Origin: Felis catus
Lineage: Eukaryota
Assembly (NCBI RefSeq): GCF_018350175.1
Contig: NC_058368.1
Location: 25,670,001-25,734,000 of the forward strand
Direction: 5' to 3'
Length of the DNA stretch: 64,000 nt
Part shown: positions 38,936 to 54,267 of the stretch, piece by piece
Layout: every line of letters begins with the position of its first letter
Numbering within the stretch: the stretch's first letter is position 1
Made by a program: the position numbers and the translations under genes
Notes under the pieces: generated by a model
Told to the model about the DNA's origin: nothing
The model's database searches: none
Seen by the model: only the letters and a program-made list of their open reading frames with translations

Positions 38936-39742
38936 AGAGAGAGAGAAAACTTAGCTTGCAAAAGACATGGTTCAAAGCAGAGATATCAGAGGACATAAAA
39001 GTAAGATGGCCAAGGGTTAGCCAGATTTGAGAAAATGAACAGATAAAGCTATCATTATGGAGTCAGGTAGGTGGGCATCAAATTCAAGTGAGGAAACAAA
39101 TCAAGAAGCTTGAAAAAATGTGGCAAGTCCGGAGCTAAGACCGAGTGCCAGATTCAAGTAAAAATCGACAGTTGCTTTTACCTTCTTTCTAAGGTAATGG
39201 GAACCCATCTTTGTTTTATTTTGTTTTGTTTTGTTTTGTTTTTGTAAAGACAGGCAGAAAACATGGAGGTAAAAACAACCAAAAAGATCTGGTATAGGTG
39301 AAGACAGAAGCAGTGTTCTTTCTTATTTTAAAGGCAGCTCCTAAAACCAACCTTTTTCCTTGAAAAGGAGTGTTTGAATTTCACAGAGTGATATGGTCAG
39401 TTTGGGGGAATTATCAAATCTTGTATCTTCCAACCAAAAGAGATACCTTCTTGGTGAGGTTCTACTTCCTTCCATGGCACATAAATAGAGCAAGCATATA
39501 TTATGATGACATCCCGTGTCAATCATGGCGACGACAATGACCTCATTTTCCCTCAGGAACTAGTAGATAAGATGGGAACTCCTCTCACTGGCTTGGAAGA
39601 AGTTCTGCCTAATGCAGATACTGGAAGATTAGCATCGTCATATTAGTGGAAGGTTTTGCTAGAATTTGATTAGGCACTGGGCCTAACTAATGGATATACC
39701 TATACCAAGAACCTAACATGGCACTGTCTAAATCCTAAAAGT

Positions 39743-39955
39743 TGGGGTGCCTGGGTGGCTCAGTCGGTTAAGCGGCCGACTTCGGCTCAGGTCATGATCT
39801 CGCGGTTCGTGAGTTCGAGCCCCGCGTCGGGCTCTGTGTTGACAGCTCAGAGCGTGGAGCCTGTTTCAGATTCTGTGTCTCCCTCTCTGTGACCCGCCCC
39901 CATTCGTGCTCTGTCTCTCTCTGTCTCAAAAATAAATAAACGTTAAAAAAAAAAT
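39743..39955 (+). mobile_element. Can-SINE (felid type, CpG-rich)
   Basis: TSD taaatcctaaaagttgg. Confidence 0.93.
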
Positions 39956-41239
39956 TAAATCCTAAAAGTTGGCTAAAGGGCTCTTTTGTATGTGTGAGTA
40001 CAGATGTCTAAGACAGAGGTGATCTAACTCTAATAAGGTCTAGGGTAATGAGTAGAAAACAGGGCCCCTACCTTAAAAAAATCACTCTGTCTGCAAAGGA
40101 GATGAAATCCTCAAATCTAGTGATCAAGTGGATCTAAGTAAGCTAATCTTTGACATGTGGGTTAAGCTTTTTGCTGAAACTGTTGAACTGCAGTTTATAT
40201 CTGCAGTGAGGTGGAGAAACAGAATCACACCATATTTTTCTTGGCATACGAAGCACCACTTTTATAGTTTTAGGGTTGTGTGGACCTGACACTATCCAGG
40301 ACAAGCTTTCCCCACCCTCCACCCACCCAAGCAGGCAAATACAAACTTAGAATAGAACAGAAAGAAGAAAACAACCTGGCTGTCTCGTAAGGGGCAGGTG
40401 TGCCACAACAGGCAGCAATGATCTACAACCCCCTGCAACATCTGTAAAACGCAATCATGTTACTTTAAAGGGGATAATGTGGTGTAATGGGGATAAAGTG
40501 AGGCCTACCGGGAGCTATTTTTCTTTTTCAAGACTGCAAGTTGGGGGCAGCAGGACACAAAAGAAAAGTGCTATGGATTCATATCAACTTCTAGTCAGGC
40601 ACTAAGACAAAGCTTCCGTCACACTATTGTTGCCAGGCCACGGGTGGCAAGCAAATCATGCATGGCAGGTGTGCAGAAGCCAAGAACGCCGGTGTGAAGT
40701 CAAGAGTGAAAAAAAAAGCGACCGAGGGTCAGAGGCACATATTGGGGTGGGTTCAGAGTCTGTCAAGGCAAGCCAGCAGAAACAAAGAACACAAACAGTC
40801 TTAAAACCCAGGCAGCAGAAACAGAAGTGAGTTGGCAAGTGGAACGGGGCCCCGGTGCGCTGGCTGAAGAGGCAGCCCCGCCTCACCTTCCCATCCTGAG
40901 GAAGCCCACCTTCTAGCAGCACGAGCTTCATTTCCCCACGAAGGCATCTACAAATGGGCCAAACAGGCTGTAGGGAAGAAGGCCTAGGATGACGTGATCA
41001 TCTCCTACGTCACTCCATTTAATCATACAAAACCCAGGTTCCATCACTACACTACAGTTCTGTTCTGCTGCTTCTGATGTCCCATAAAGTTCATTTAAAG
41101 AGGACCAGACCCAGCAACGAAATTATCACGTCTTTGCAGATTCTGCTTATTACATGGTGCTACTAGCATACAGTGACTACAAACATATGAATCCCATGAA
41201 TACATTTCCAAAGTTGTGCTAAAAAAATCTATTAAATAT

Positions 41240-41456
41240 ATTTTTTTAATTTTTTTAATGTTTATTTGAGAGAGAGCGAGCGAGCGAGAGCCAGCGAGCA
41301 AGCACAAGTGGGGGAGGGACAGACAGAAAGGGAGACACAGAAGGTGAGGCAGGCTCTGGGTTCTAAGCTCTCAGCACAGAGCCCAATGAGGGGCTCAAGC
41401 CCATGGACCGAAAGATCATGACCAGATGCTTAACTGACTCAGCCACCCAGGCACCT
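41240..41456 (-). mobile_element. Can-SINE
   Basis: Reverse-complement body with internal deletion. Confidence 0.87.
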
Positions 41457-41651
41457 CTATATTTCTTAAAAAGTCAGATCCATAGACAAGACTTGATTCT
41501 AAAACAACAAAATCAACACAGACATGAAATTGTTAGAATATAAGAGTAAACTCTTCTTAAATGATACAGGACTAAGAGGAAGCTTTAGTTCAAGTGTTGG
41601 CTTATTAACAAGCTATAAAGTTCTAGGTAAAACACTGTTAAAAGCTCCCTA

Positions 41652-41858
41652 GGGGCGCGTGGGTGGCTCAGTCGGTTAAGCGTCCAACTTTGGCTCAGGT
41701 CATGATCTCGTGGTTCATGGGTTCGAGCCCTGCGTCGGGCACTGTGCTGACAGCTCACAGCCTACAGCCTCTTTAAAGTGTCTCCCTCTCTATCTGCCCC
41801 TCCCTCACTCGTTCTCGCTTTCTCTCTCTCTCTCAAAAATAAACAAACATTTAAAAAA
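41652..41858 (+). mobile_element. Can-SINE (felid type)
   Basis: Full body and tail. Confidence 0.9.
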
Positions 41859-43334
41859 ATTCCCCAGAATGTAATTTTATTTTTGGTAAAATGAGGAGGT
41901 TGAATTTTATGGTCTCTAAGCAAAAACTCAGCTCTAAAAATGTAATGCATTAGATTTCTAGTTTAATTTCAATGGACTTTTGATAATCTAAGTATTAATA
42001 CATGTTATCTGCTATAATTAAAGATATAATTTTTTATATCTGAAGAAAATCTAACATTGCTTAGAGAAAATACAAGGTAAGCATTTTTAGAAGACTCTGC
42101 TCCAATGTTTCCGCCAACATACAGTTGAATAATTAAAAAATGCCTTTTATGTAATAGAAATATAAATCAATTCAATATTAAATCTAAATCTAATTTAACT
42201 CTGAGAATAATGTGCTCCTCAGAATAATTTAGCAGAACCAGTCAAGTAATAGTGTACTGAGGACAATGTTCACATTTCTTACCCCTGGGCCTTTAAACTC
42301 TAGAAATGAAAGCTCAGATCTCTAAAATGCCTTGGAAGGCAAGTTAGAGGGGAAGAAGAAAAAAGGGGCGGGGGTGGAGGGGACACCAGACTCAACACTA
42401 TTCCAGTTCCCAAGTTACCAAAAAATAAAATAAAAAGTTGTGTTTGGCCCTTTTGCCTTTTGTGTACACTGGGGGGGGGGGGGGGGGGGGGAACCATAAA
42501 AAAAAAAGTGAAATTTACCATGGCACTATTTTATAGCAGGTATTCTGAATCTTTTATCTTCCGAAACACGTGCACGTGGGTATGTGAACATGCGCGCACA
42601 CACACACAGTTATAGTATTTTCTACAGCAGCCCAAGTCTTTGTTCCACATGGAGCGGGTTTGGGATAGAACAAGCTTATGAATTTTTCATAGGATATCTT
42701 AACCAAAAAGACATGTAAACGACTACTGAAAGCCTGTACGTTTGACGCTTTACCTTAGGGTAAAACAAACAAATAAACCCCAATAAAATAAAATAGAACC
42801 TTTCGTTAAGCATTAAGAGCATTAAGAAAATTTCTTCTCTTGTGCTAAAGATCTCTAAATCACAATCACGTGCAAATCAAACTAAATTCAAGTGCCACAT
42901 CATAAACAACAGGTTTAAATGTTCTCATTTGGGTCTTTAAAAATGACTTCACCACTGTGAAACGTGTGTTTTACAGGAGAAAAGATTCTATACACCTCCT
43001 TCCCTTCTCTTTTGGTTTCCTGTTTATGATTTGCTTTAAAATGACACAGATTCAATATGCATTATTTTTCAAAAACTAAAAATATTATTCAATATTAAGC
43101 TTGCCTGTGTGAGCAATAACTTAAAAGACATTTAGAAACGGAAACATACTCAACTTAGCTGGAGAATTAAATATTTGTAACTGCTTAACTGCTAAGAGGA
43201 AATTCAATTTACTGAGTAACTTGAGGAACTTTTATTACTTCAAAGAACACACATGAAAATCTTAAACAACAAATTCCTTCCCTGATACAGTTAAATGCAA
43301 ATTATCTTTTTTTTTCCCTGTCTTCTTACTCCAG

Positions 43335-44299
<965 letters not shown>

Positions 44300-45280
44300 T
44301 TACCTGTGTCACGAACAAAGGCAACAAGCATGCAGCCAGCAAGCTTCGGAAAACCACGGCATCAAAGGCATCCCAAATAACGTGTGCCCAGTCAGCTCTG
44401 TACTCAGAGCCCTGCTGCTAATCAATTACTGTGAGCTAACGGTATGTAAATTCTATCGCTAAAGATGTCCTTCTCAAGGGTGTTCCTGCTGATCAGACTC
44501 TTATACTTAAAATGAAAACAGTGATGTTCTATATATTATAAATAAAGACTGAATGCTTTTGCTATTTGTTTATTTCTCCGTAAACTGTCTTTCAATCAGA
44601 ATGTCTTTGGTACTTGCACAATGAACAAGCATGTACATTATCTATCATTCATTTAAGTAAATGGTAATACAATATTTTAAGGGGCTGTAAGATTTAAAAT
44701 CCTTTCTACCAATCTACAAAGAAACTGAACTGGTAAAATTAAACATTGAGAGAAAAAGAGATGTGCAGATGTACTAAAACAGAGCTACAGTGAAACCAAA
44801 TGTAACTGTAAGAAGGTATTAAAGCTATTGACTTAATTTTAATGGCAGGCACTAAAAGCTTATTCATAGTTCCTGTATTTTATACTAGAATTATAGCTGA
44901 ATTGACATATTGCTGAACATTCCTAGAAAACTGCTTGATGACAATAAAAAATAAATAAAAGCACTATTAGCTTCTTTGTTTGTATTAATAATTATAATAA
45001 AAAGTTATATGTGTCACTTTCAAAACAAAGTGTACCACTTGATAATTTCACACAATATTACCTATTGATGTAGTCAACTGGCAGGCTACAGTAACCCTGG
45101 CTGGTCTTCCAAGTGACAAAAATCAGCAAATTCATTTCTTTGCAGGCTGGGTTCCAACACAACCTGCATAACTTAGCCTCAACAGAATACGTGGTATCAA
45201 AATAATACAGGAGTTCATTTTCAGAACCACCCTGTCTATTCATTCTTCAAGCTCAAAAATATTAAATGAGCATCACTAGA
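44300..45280 (+). other. KCTD4: KCTD4 3'UTR with candidate poly(A) signals
   Basis: Repeat-free AT-rich sequence after the stop. AATAAA at 44541, clustered AATAAA at 44943-44959, and ATTAAA near 45261. True 3' end not determinable. Confidence 0.55.
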
Positions 45281-47488
45281 CATTATTCTTACAAAAGAAC
45301 TTTATTCATTTCAATACCTATTTTGATGCTAAATCTCAGATTCACTGAATTGTGTTAATTTCTTTAACCTCATGCTGAAGTTATTTTTTTAAATTAAGTT
45401 TCATATATGGCTGTCTCAATGAGATAATGCAGAAACTTAGCTCTAAGTGCTAAGTTAGAGTGCATTTTTCCTCCCAAAGAGCAGCTAAATCATTAATACG
45501 CCTCTCATTTCCTTTGGCTTCTAAGAACAAATTAGATCTTAAATTTGCTCCTTTAAAATTTAACCATTATTAAACAAATTTAACCATTAAAACAGGTAAC
45601 TAAATCTTGATTTTAATAAAATTCAACAAAAGTTTCTGAAAACCTTGACTGAGGTTACATAAATTAACATAACTGCCAAAAGTTTGCTTAAACATAAAAA
45701 CTTGGAATTAGCAGCAAAGCTAATTCATTCTTAGAACTCTGATTTCCAGTTATAAAATCAAAGGTAATGCAAAAGTTGGCTGTACATACTAAGGGAAATA
45801 CTTTAAAATCTATCATACAAAAAAGTCCTTTAAAAAATGGACATAAAAAAAAACACCTCAAAACTCCATATCAACCACACAATCTTCTTTTATATATAAC
45901 AAGAAAAAAGATGCTTCTAATAAAACATCAAATTATCTCTTACATACTTTAACATGGCTTAATTAAGAGTTAAAGGAACTATGAAAACAGAAAAATACAG
46001 TAAAATCTATTTTAGCTGTTACTATAATTGAACTGTTTACATGCGTCTCCAGCTTATGAGTTGACTTTTCCTTGGCATTTGGACTTTGGTAATGAAAAAA
46101 ATGATAGTGATTTAATGTCAAAGCAAGATTTTCTCTAACAAGATTTCATTACAGATAATAAATATAGCCTTGACATATCTTATTACAGGAGATATCACTG
46201 AACAAATCTCCTTCCTTAGAAGTATTATAAATTTTTGCATGAATTCACAAAAAGAGAATTTAACTGTTACAACAAATCATTACTGATGGAAACCAGTACT
46301 TAAAGAAATCTATTAATCATTTTGATAAATGTCTCTAAAAAAATTTTATTTGGATGCATTTAACTCATCCTCAAACTTTTGATAAACCATAATATTGTAA
46401 AACAATTTAATAATCTGGAAGGATATTTGACCAGATTGATTATTCTTGTGTAACTTTTTAGAAGTGTAGCTTTTTAAATTCAGCCAGTTGCACTTGGGTT
46501 TATACATCAAGTGCATAAATAATGTGTTGTAATATCATTTTCAATTTCACCATTTCTTAAAATATTTAGAAATGCCTCCCATTAAAAAAAACTCAAGAAA
46601 TCATACAAAATGCCAATCATAAGTCAGGGTGATATCATATTTTTGTTTGCAGTCAATGAAGAATTTCTTCCTCAAATTTTTCACAAAAAAATTCTTGTTT
46701 TTCTCACTGCTCCAGAGAGTAAGTCACAAAGTGACGCTTTATCTTCTTTTTCAGAAGACAGGTAATAAAAAAAAATAGGTTACTATACTTGCCGCAAGCC
46801 AAACATAGTCCCATATTTGGAATTAACCCACACAATGCTTCCAGCACTGTCCTTAAAATATGAAAAATAAAAACACAGCTTATAGTGTACTATACTTGTA
46901 AAATGTATATGGCTGTGTGCAGAGCAAATGAAACACTTAAGGAGACTTTTCAAATGATGAAAGATGACTACCAACTCAGACTGAAGGTAATGATACTAAT
47001 GAAACTTGTTATTTTTTAAAGAAAATTAATTACAGTTCAATTCTATTTTAAAGATAATAAAAGATAACCCTTACTGTTTTATTACATGCCTGATACTGCA
47101 CTATGAACATGCATTATCTTAATTAATCCTCACAATGACGTTGAGGAAGGTACTATCATTCTTTCACAATCATATAGTTATTAAGAGGTAAAAGAGGATT
47201 CAAAACCTGAATCAAAGGCCGGATTCAAAACCGGCCAAGTACATTAACTTCAGAGCCCAGGAACTGTGTGTGCTTTTGCCAGCCACTTACATCTCTAACA
47301 CTTAAAACCTGGCATAAAACAGGCATTCCTGAAGTATGGGCTCAACATAGAATACCAAAATACAGGTTTGCCTCACTTGATAAAAAATCTCACAATGCAG
47401 GTTCTTGTAAAATGAGTGAAAAACTGAACTAATGGGAAAGCAAATAAAATTTTTAATGTCATGTTGGGTCATTTAAAGAACTTGAGAT

Positions 47489-47730
47489 GGGGCGCCTGGG
47501 TGGCGCAGTCGGTTAAGCGTCCAACTTCAGCCAGGTCACAATCTCACGGTCTGTGAGTTCGAGCCCCGCGTCAGGCTCTGGGCTGATGGCTCAGAGCCTG
47601 GAGTCTGTTTCCGATTCTGTGTCTCCCTCTCTCTCTGCCCCTCCCCCGTTCATGCTCTGTCTCTCTCTGTCCCAAAAAATAAATAAACGTTGAAAAAAAT
47701 ATATAAAGAAAGAAAGAAAGAAAGAACGAA
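47489..47730 (+). mobile_element. Young SINEC_Fc-type SINE with (GAAA)n tail
   Basis: TSD gaacttgagatg. Confidence 0.95.
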
Positions 47731-47864
47731 CGAACTTGAGATGAATCATCTCACAACAATAAAGGATAGCCTAAATTTGTCTATTGACAAATATGGATCT
47801 TCACATATCAGGTTTGTGGAAAAGGAGATTAACTTTTTATGACCTGTACAGTCCACAGAACTGA

Positions 47865-48105
47865 CATATTATGAAGAAAAAATATAGCGCACATGAGCTC
47901 TGAAGTCAGACTTGGATTCAAATCCAATTAACCTCCACTAACTTGCCTACATAATGTAAGCAAGATTCTTCACTTCTTTGAACTTCAATATCCTCAGAGC
48001 AAAATGGAGATAATGATTAGCTGATAGACCCTTTATAAGGTTTAAATTAAATTACATGTAAAGGGCCTCACCCACTATAGACTTTCAATAAGCACTGGTT
48101 ATTAT
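47865..48105 (+). mobile_element. MIR
   Basis: gctctgaagtcagacttggattcaaatcc...aaaatggagataat. Confidence 0.6.
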
Positions 48106-48843
48106 CTTATCCAGTGTAAAGATATCTTCATGACACAACCATAAATAACATGCACAAAAATGTACGTTTACAATTATTAGGCTTTCAACTTAGACATAAA
48201 CAGAATGCAGAACTTTTAACAAATGCAATGCCTAATACTTTGATGAATGCTATAAGATACAAGAATATACTTTAAATTGCTACAGGCAAACATAGTTTTC
48301 ATTGGTATTAGTTTAAAAATACATAGGAGTTTCTTGGGACTTTTATATTCTACCTTCATGTACAAAATCTACAAGAACCAAATAATCATTGCAGCTGTTT
48401 CATCAGCAGTATAAAACCAGTCAGCAGTAATATATGTGATAACACAATCCCAGAGATACCCCCATCTAATAAATTCTGGTTAAATGTCTTAAACTACAAT
48501 GATGTCAGTCAAGGTTAAAATCAGAGCATCTGAATCATAATTATCCTTGCTAACAAAGCAGAAGTGTAGTATGGACTATCCCAGAGAGCATGCAACTTAG
48601 AAATTATTTGTATTTAGCTTTGAAATATATATGGCTACTTCTATAGCAGACTGATCTTCCTAATCATATTTTGCTTAAGCTAGTATTAAAATTAATTTGC
48701 TTCAGTGAACAAGCACCAAGGGAGTGGTGATAAAGGGAGGTGTGCCAGGCAGAGGGAAATATCGAAGATGAAATTTTAAATTTACCTAAAATAATTTATG
48801 AAAAGGTGACTATGTTTCTATTTCTTGAACAAAATATACAATA

Positions 48844-49030
48844 GGGGGTGCCTGGTGGCTCAGTTAGTTTCAGCTCAGGTCATGATCTCATGGTTTGTGA
48901 GTTTGAGCCTTGCATAGGGCTCTGCACGGACAGCACAGAGCCTGCTTGGGATTCTCTCTCCCACTCTCTCTCTGCCCCTCCCCCTCTCTCTCTGCCCCTC
49001 CCCCTCTCTCTCTGCCCCTCCCCTGCACTA

Positions 49031-49063
<33 letters not shown>

Positions 49064-49090
49064 TCAAAATAAACATTTAAAATAATAAAT
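48844..49090 (+). mobile_element. Can-SINE with triplicated ctctctctgcccctccc unit and (TG)n
   Basis: Visible at 48965-49061. Confidence 0.88.
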
Positions 49091-49643
49091 ACAGACAACT
49101 ATATAATAAATCACTCATCCATATATATTTAAAAAATGCATGAGTAAAAGTTTCTATCAAACAAAAATCACTGATATGTACCACATAAGCTACTATAAAT
49201 GACCTCCATTTAATTAAAATTTTCCAACAATGCAAAAAAAATGTGCAATGTTAAGGATTTTGTATATAAAATATGGAAACTCTAGTTTAATTTTAATCAC
49301 TAATTATTTTAGAAAAAATACTGAATTGGATATGAAAGAGTGAAATAATTGTAGGTCTTTAAAAAAAACTGTTCCCTAGCATAAAATATAACAGTCAACC
49401 TAATAGCACAATGAGTTTTTCCAAACCCAAGATTCCAGAGTATTTAGGTACATTTAAAAGCAACATTTAGTAGTTTGGTTTCTTTTCTTTTCTTTTTTTT
49501 TTTTAAGATTTCATTAACTGTGGAAAATTCCATTTTGAAGACAGGCTCAACTTTTCAAAAAGTAATTCTGCTTACTATCTTCAAGGATGTTTAGACATAT
49601 ATTCTACATCATTAGTGTAAAATTGAACAAGTCTGATTTCTTC

Positions 49644-49865
49644 TTTTTTTTTTTTTTTTTTCCAACGTTTATTTATTTTTGGGACAGAGAGAGACAGAGC
49701 ATGAACGGGGGAGGGGCAGAGAGAGAGGGAGACACAGAATCGGAAACAGGCTCCAGGCTCTGAGCCATCAGCCCAGAGCCTGACGCGGGGCTCGAACTCA
49801 CAGACCGCGAGATCGTGACCTGGCTGAAGTCAGACGCCCAACCTGACTGCGCCACCCTGGCGCCC
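49644..49865 (-). mobile_element. Young SINEC_Fc-type SINE
   Basis: TSD ctgatttcttctt. Confidence 0.95.
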
Positions 49866-50681
49866 CTGATTTCTTCTTAATTCCACTCCACTGATTTTGT
49901 CTTGTTATAACAGATATTAACCAATTTTTAAGGTTCTTAAGAATTACTGAACGATATTAACTTTAATCTCAGTGGTTATTTAAATTTAATAGCCTTCTGT
50001 GACTTAATGAGGTTTTACCAAAAAATGAGACTATTTAGCATTTACTTTAGATCATTTGCTGAATTGTTAATTCATTTTTAAAAAACATTAAAAATAAGTA
50101 TGAATGCAGATACCCATGATCTCATATATCTGTTTTGACTGTTGCGTATTTTTTCTATCCATATGTATTTTTAAAGAAACCCATGTAGAAAGAAAAAGGA
50201 AAGACTATTATATACAGCTACGTGCAGGAATAAATTATTAGTAAACGTTGGGTGATTACTGGAGAGAAACACAAAACAAAAGAATCTAAAAGTCATAGGT
50301 GATTAATCTATAAAACAACAAAATCATTTTATACAACCACAGGCACTTGCACTTATGATACATACACCTTTACTTGTTACAACGCAGCCCAAAAAGAACA
50401 CATTGGGATTCAGTATGTAAATATACAGCTACCTTGAAAACTGGAAGCAGGCTTTATTAAAATGCCATTTTGATTGCCAGCTATATTTCCCTCCCCTCTT
50501 CTTTCTACCTTATCAAATTTAAATTATTTGGATATAAGGCAGATTATACTTACAAGAGGCAAGAAAATGGGGTACTGTGTCTCTTACTATTTTAGAACAA
50601 AAATTCTTTATGTTGTAAAACTCACAAGATAATGAGTTTGTAGAAAACTAACAAAGCTTGATATAAAAATTTGGCAGTTAA

Positions 50682-50900
50682 GGGGCACCTGGGTAGCTCA
50701 GTTGGTTAAGCGTCCGACTTCAATTCAGGTCATGATCTTGCAGTCCATGAGTTAAAGCCCCACATCAGGCTCTGTGCTGACATCTCAGAGCCTGGGGCCT
50801 GCTTTGGATTCTGTGTCTCCCTCTCTCTCTGTCCCTCACCTTCTCACGCTTTCTCTCTTTCTCTCTCACAAAAATAAACATTAAAAAAAATTTTTTTATT
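50682..50900 (+). mobile_element. Can-SINE (felid type)
   Basis: Full body; TSD tttggcagttaa. Confidence 0.92.
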
Positions 50901-50917
50901 TTAATTTTGGCAGTTAA

Positions 50918-51130
50918 GGGGCGCATGGATGGCTCAGTCGGTTAAGTGTCTGACTTTGGCTCATGGTTTGTGAGTTCAAGCCCTGCGTTGGGTTCTGCGC
51001 TGACACCTCGGAGCCTGGAGCCTGCTTCAGATTCTGTGTCTCCCTCTCTCTCTCTGCCCCTCCCCTGATCACGCTGTCTCTCTCTGTCTCTCAATAATAA
51101 ATAAACATTTAAAAAAATTAAAAAAAAAAT
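50918..51130 (+). mobile_element. Can-SINE (felid type)
   Basis: Full body; TSD taattttggcagttaa. Confidence 0.92.
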
Positions 51131-51449
51131 AATTTTGGCAGTTAACACTGAGATATTTAGCAACACCATAGGCTATGCATTAAGTAAACTCATTCCCAAT
51201 CTCACCCTGAGACTTTCCATTTAACTAAAGGATGTAATAAAGTATTTTAAAGTAGAATTACTTTTAATCCCTTTTAACTTTTAAATAATGAGCATGTATC
51301 AAACACTGGTCTTTGGGGGTTCAAGACAGTAGAAGAGCAGTTGAGGATTTAAAATTCGAAGTAAAGAATAAACACACAAATAAATAAAATTCCAAGTATA
51401 AGGTACAGTTCTAAGTACTTTATGTGCATTGTCTCCTTTAAAACATAAT

Positions 51450-51925
51450 GCAAAGATTGCTACTTATGTCCCCAATACCCACTCTTTCTTTCTGTTAGTA
51501 ATCAAGTCCTGATTCAGGATGACAACTGTACCCAGACAAAGGCTGTATTTTCCAGTGTTCTGTGGCTGCGCTGGGTGTGTACAAGCTATAAAGTTCTGAC
51601 CGATGGAATGTAAGCAAAACTCGTAAGCAATGTAAGCAAAAAAAACCTTTTGGATAATGTCTTCTAAAGGGTTACAAAGTCAGGTGAACCTTTAGGCTTG
51701 CCCTATTGACCCCATTTTGCTTCCTGGGATACAGACGTGGTGGCTATAAGTGCAGAAGTCATTCTGGATCATGCTGAGGATGGAAGCCACGAACTAATGA
51801 TAGCAGATGGTTGATAATGACCATGGAACCATCATACTAGACCTGGACTTCTTATCTCAGAATTCCTTTACAAAGAAGAAAAGTGTGTTTAAATCATTGA
51901 TATTTTGGGATGTCTGTTAATCCTA
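51450..51925. mobile_element. MaLR (MLT1-like) LTR remnant inserted in a MIR (MIR resumes at about 51930-52060)
   Basis: aagttctgaccgatggaatgtaagc...gtttaaatcattgatattttggg; then cccattttacagatgaggaaac. Confidence 0.55.
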
Positions 51926-52532
51926 ACAGATGGATGTGGGTCCAATCCCCATTTTACAGATGAGGAAACAAGACTCAGAGTTAAGCAACTTGCTGCAGGT
52001 ACACAGCTCGAAAGAAACCTCCAAGTGCCAAGCTCCTAACCACTTACACGATACCACTTTCGGACCTGACACAGAGAACTCAGTGAGAGACTTGAAAATG
52101 GGCAAGATAATGTAAGATGGTGAGTACCTCCACTCATTTGGGTAGGCTAAGACTTGGCTTCAAATACTGGAAGATGTCGAGGTTAACCAAAAGGGAATCC
52201 AGCCAGTCTGGTGAGTTTGCTGTAAGAAAAAACTAGGATAGAGAATCCATTTCTGAGACATGTTGAACCACAACCACATTAAGGAAAAGGGGTGACTGAC
52301 AGGTCAGACTATGTCCAACCAGGAAAGAAACCTCTGTGAGCCAAGGAGATTTTCCTTATTCAGGTACAGAATAATTATTAAATAATCCAGAAGAATAACT
52401 AGCTCCCTGGGAATAACCATCAAACTGATTGCTAAAAATTCTTCTAAGGGAACATCTAAGAAAAAGTAGAATATCTTTACACAATGGAGAGGAGTGGGGG
52501 GGGAGACAGCATTCATATAAAGTAAACAAAGA

Positions 52533-52735
52533 GGGACACCTGGGTAGCTCAGTCGGTTGAGTGTCTGACTTCAGCTCAGGTCATGATCTCACCGTTTGTG
52601 GGTTTGAGCCCCGCATCGGGCTCTGTGCTGAGAGCTCAGAGCCTGGAGCCTGCTTTGGATCTGTGTCTCCCCTCTCTCTGCCCCTCCCCCACTCATGCTC
52701 TCTCTCAAAAATAAATAAATGTTAAAAAAAAGTTT
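52533..52735 (+). mobile_element. Can-SINE (felid type)
   Basis: TSD taagtaaacaaaga-like repeats. Confidence 0.9.
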
Positions 52736-52795
52736 TTAAGTAAACAAAGAAACAACTTTACATATTTCTGAGACACAGTCAACTTTAAAAACAAA

Positions 52796-52996
52796 TTTTT
52801 AAAAAATATTTATTCACTTTTGAGAGACAGAGTGCGAGTGGGGGAGGGGCAGGGAGAGGGAGACACAGAATCTGAAGCAGGCTCCAGGCTCTGAGCTGTC
52901 AGCACAGAGCCCAACGCGGGGCTCAAACTCACAAACTGTGAGATCATGACCTGAGCCAAAGTCGGACACTCAACCGACTGAGCCACGCAGGCACCC
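52796..52996 (-). mobile_element. Can-SINE (felid type)
   Basis: agtcaacttt flanks. Confidence 0.9.
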
Positions 52997-54267
52997 GATA
53001 TAGTCAACTTTTTGTACTATACCCCCCGCCCTCCACTTTGGGAGTGGAGGAGGAGTAAGAGCGTAGGCTGAAAAGAGCACAATTCTCTTCCGTTTCCCAG
53101 TAATATCAAACAATTGAAAAAAATACATAGGATCAAAAAGCATCTTCTTTGCTCCATTTTAGAGTTTTCTGAGAGGAAGAAAACTGGGAAGAAGAAATGT
53201 AGTCTGAAAAACTGAACTGGTGGAAGATGGCAGATGGACATGGCCAATTTCTTAGTAAAGCAGGACACGGATGCACAAAGAGTTCCTTACGTAAGAAGCT
53301 ATCTCCAGACAGAGGGGCCTGAGGCTCTAAACCAGCAGGACAGCCAATTGTTTCCTAAGTAGCCAGTATTATTATCTTCAATTTTCCCAATTAATAAGCT
53401 TGTGGTAAACTACTCAAATAATTAGACACTTTCCCCAAGAACATGTCAACAGAAGGATCAAGAAAAACAACTGCTGGCTTCTTTTACACTTTAAGTTAAA
53501 ATACTGGAGCACTGATGCTAATGCTCACATGCTTTTTTTTTTTTTTCTTAATAATAAGATAAAAAGTGACCCAAAAGACAACAGGTGAGGTTTTTTTGTT
53601 GTTGTTGTTCTGGTTATACAACTCGAAACAGATGATCTTTTAAGAACAACACTCACTCATCCACACATTAGATTCTACATTTACTTCTAAATATGTAGTG
53701 TTTTTGTATTACACAGGTTTAAAAGATAAAATATGAAGTTACTGTTGCTTAAAACCTTATTTTACACAGCTGAGAGCCAAATTACTTATAAATCCTTAGA
53801 AGACTTAAACACGAGAATACACACGGAATTGTCCATTAGAAAGGAAAAGTATTTTGAAAATTGGCAAACTGATAAGAAAAAGATGTCAAAGATGTCACCT
53901 AAGACCAATACAGTTAAACAATCCTGAACGTTGCCCTGGAACCCAGGCATCTTTTTAGCTTCTGGTCACTTATAGCTATTAAATGTAATGAAACAGGATG
54001 CAGACAGATTGAGAAATGTTCTTATTCTAAAGCACTCAAGGACGATGCCTGCTAACCTAGTTCCTACCAATCTTTCACAAAATCAAATAGAGAAGAATCG
54101 GACCAATGGCACTGCTTGGTCAATCTTTCTGAATTGAACACACACCTAACTAAAGCTGCTAATAATATCTTCTGCTTGGCTTCACATTAATGATACATTT
54201 CTTTTACATTTTAAGTTAAAATGCAATATACTTACCGAAACAATTCACTTTCTTAGATCCTTCTTTT

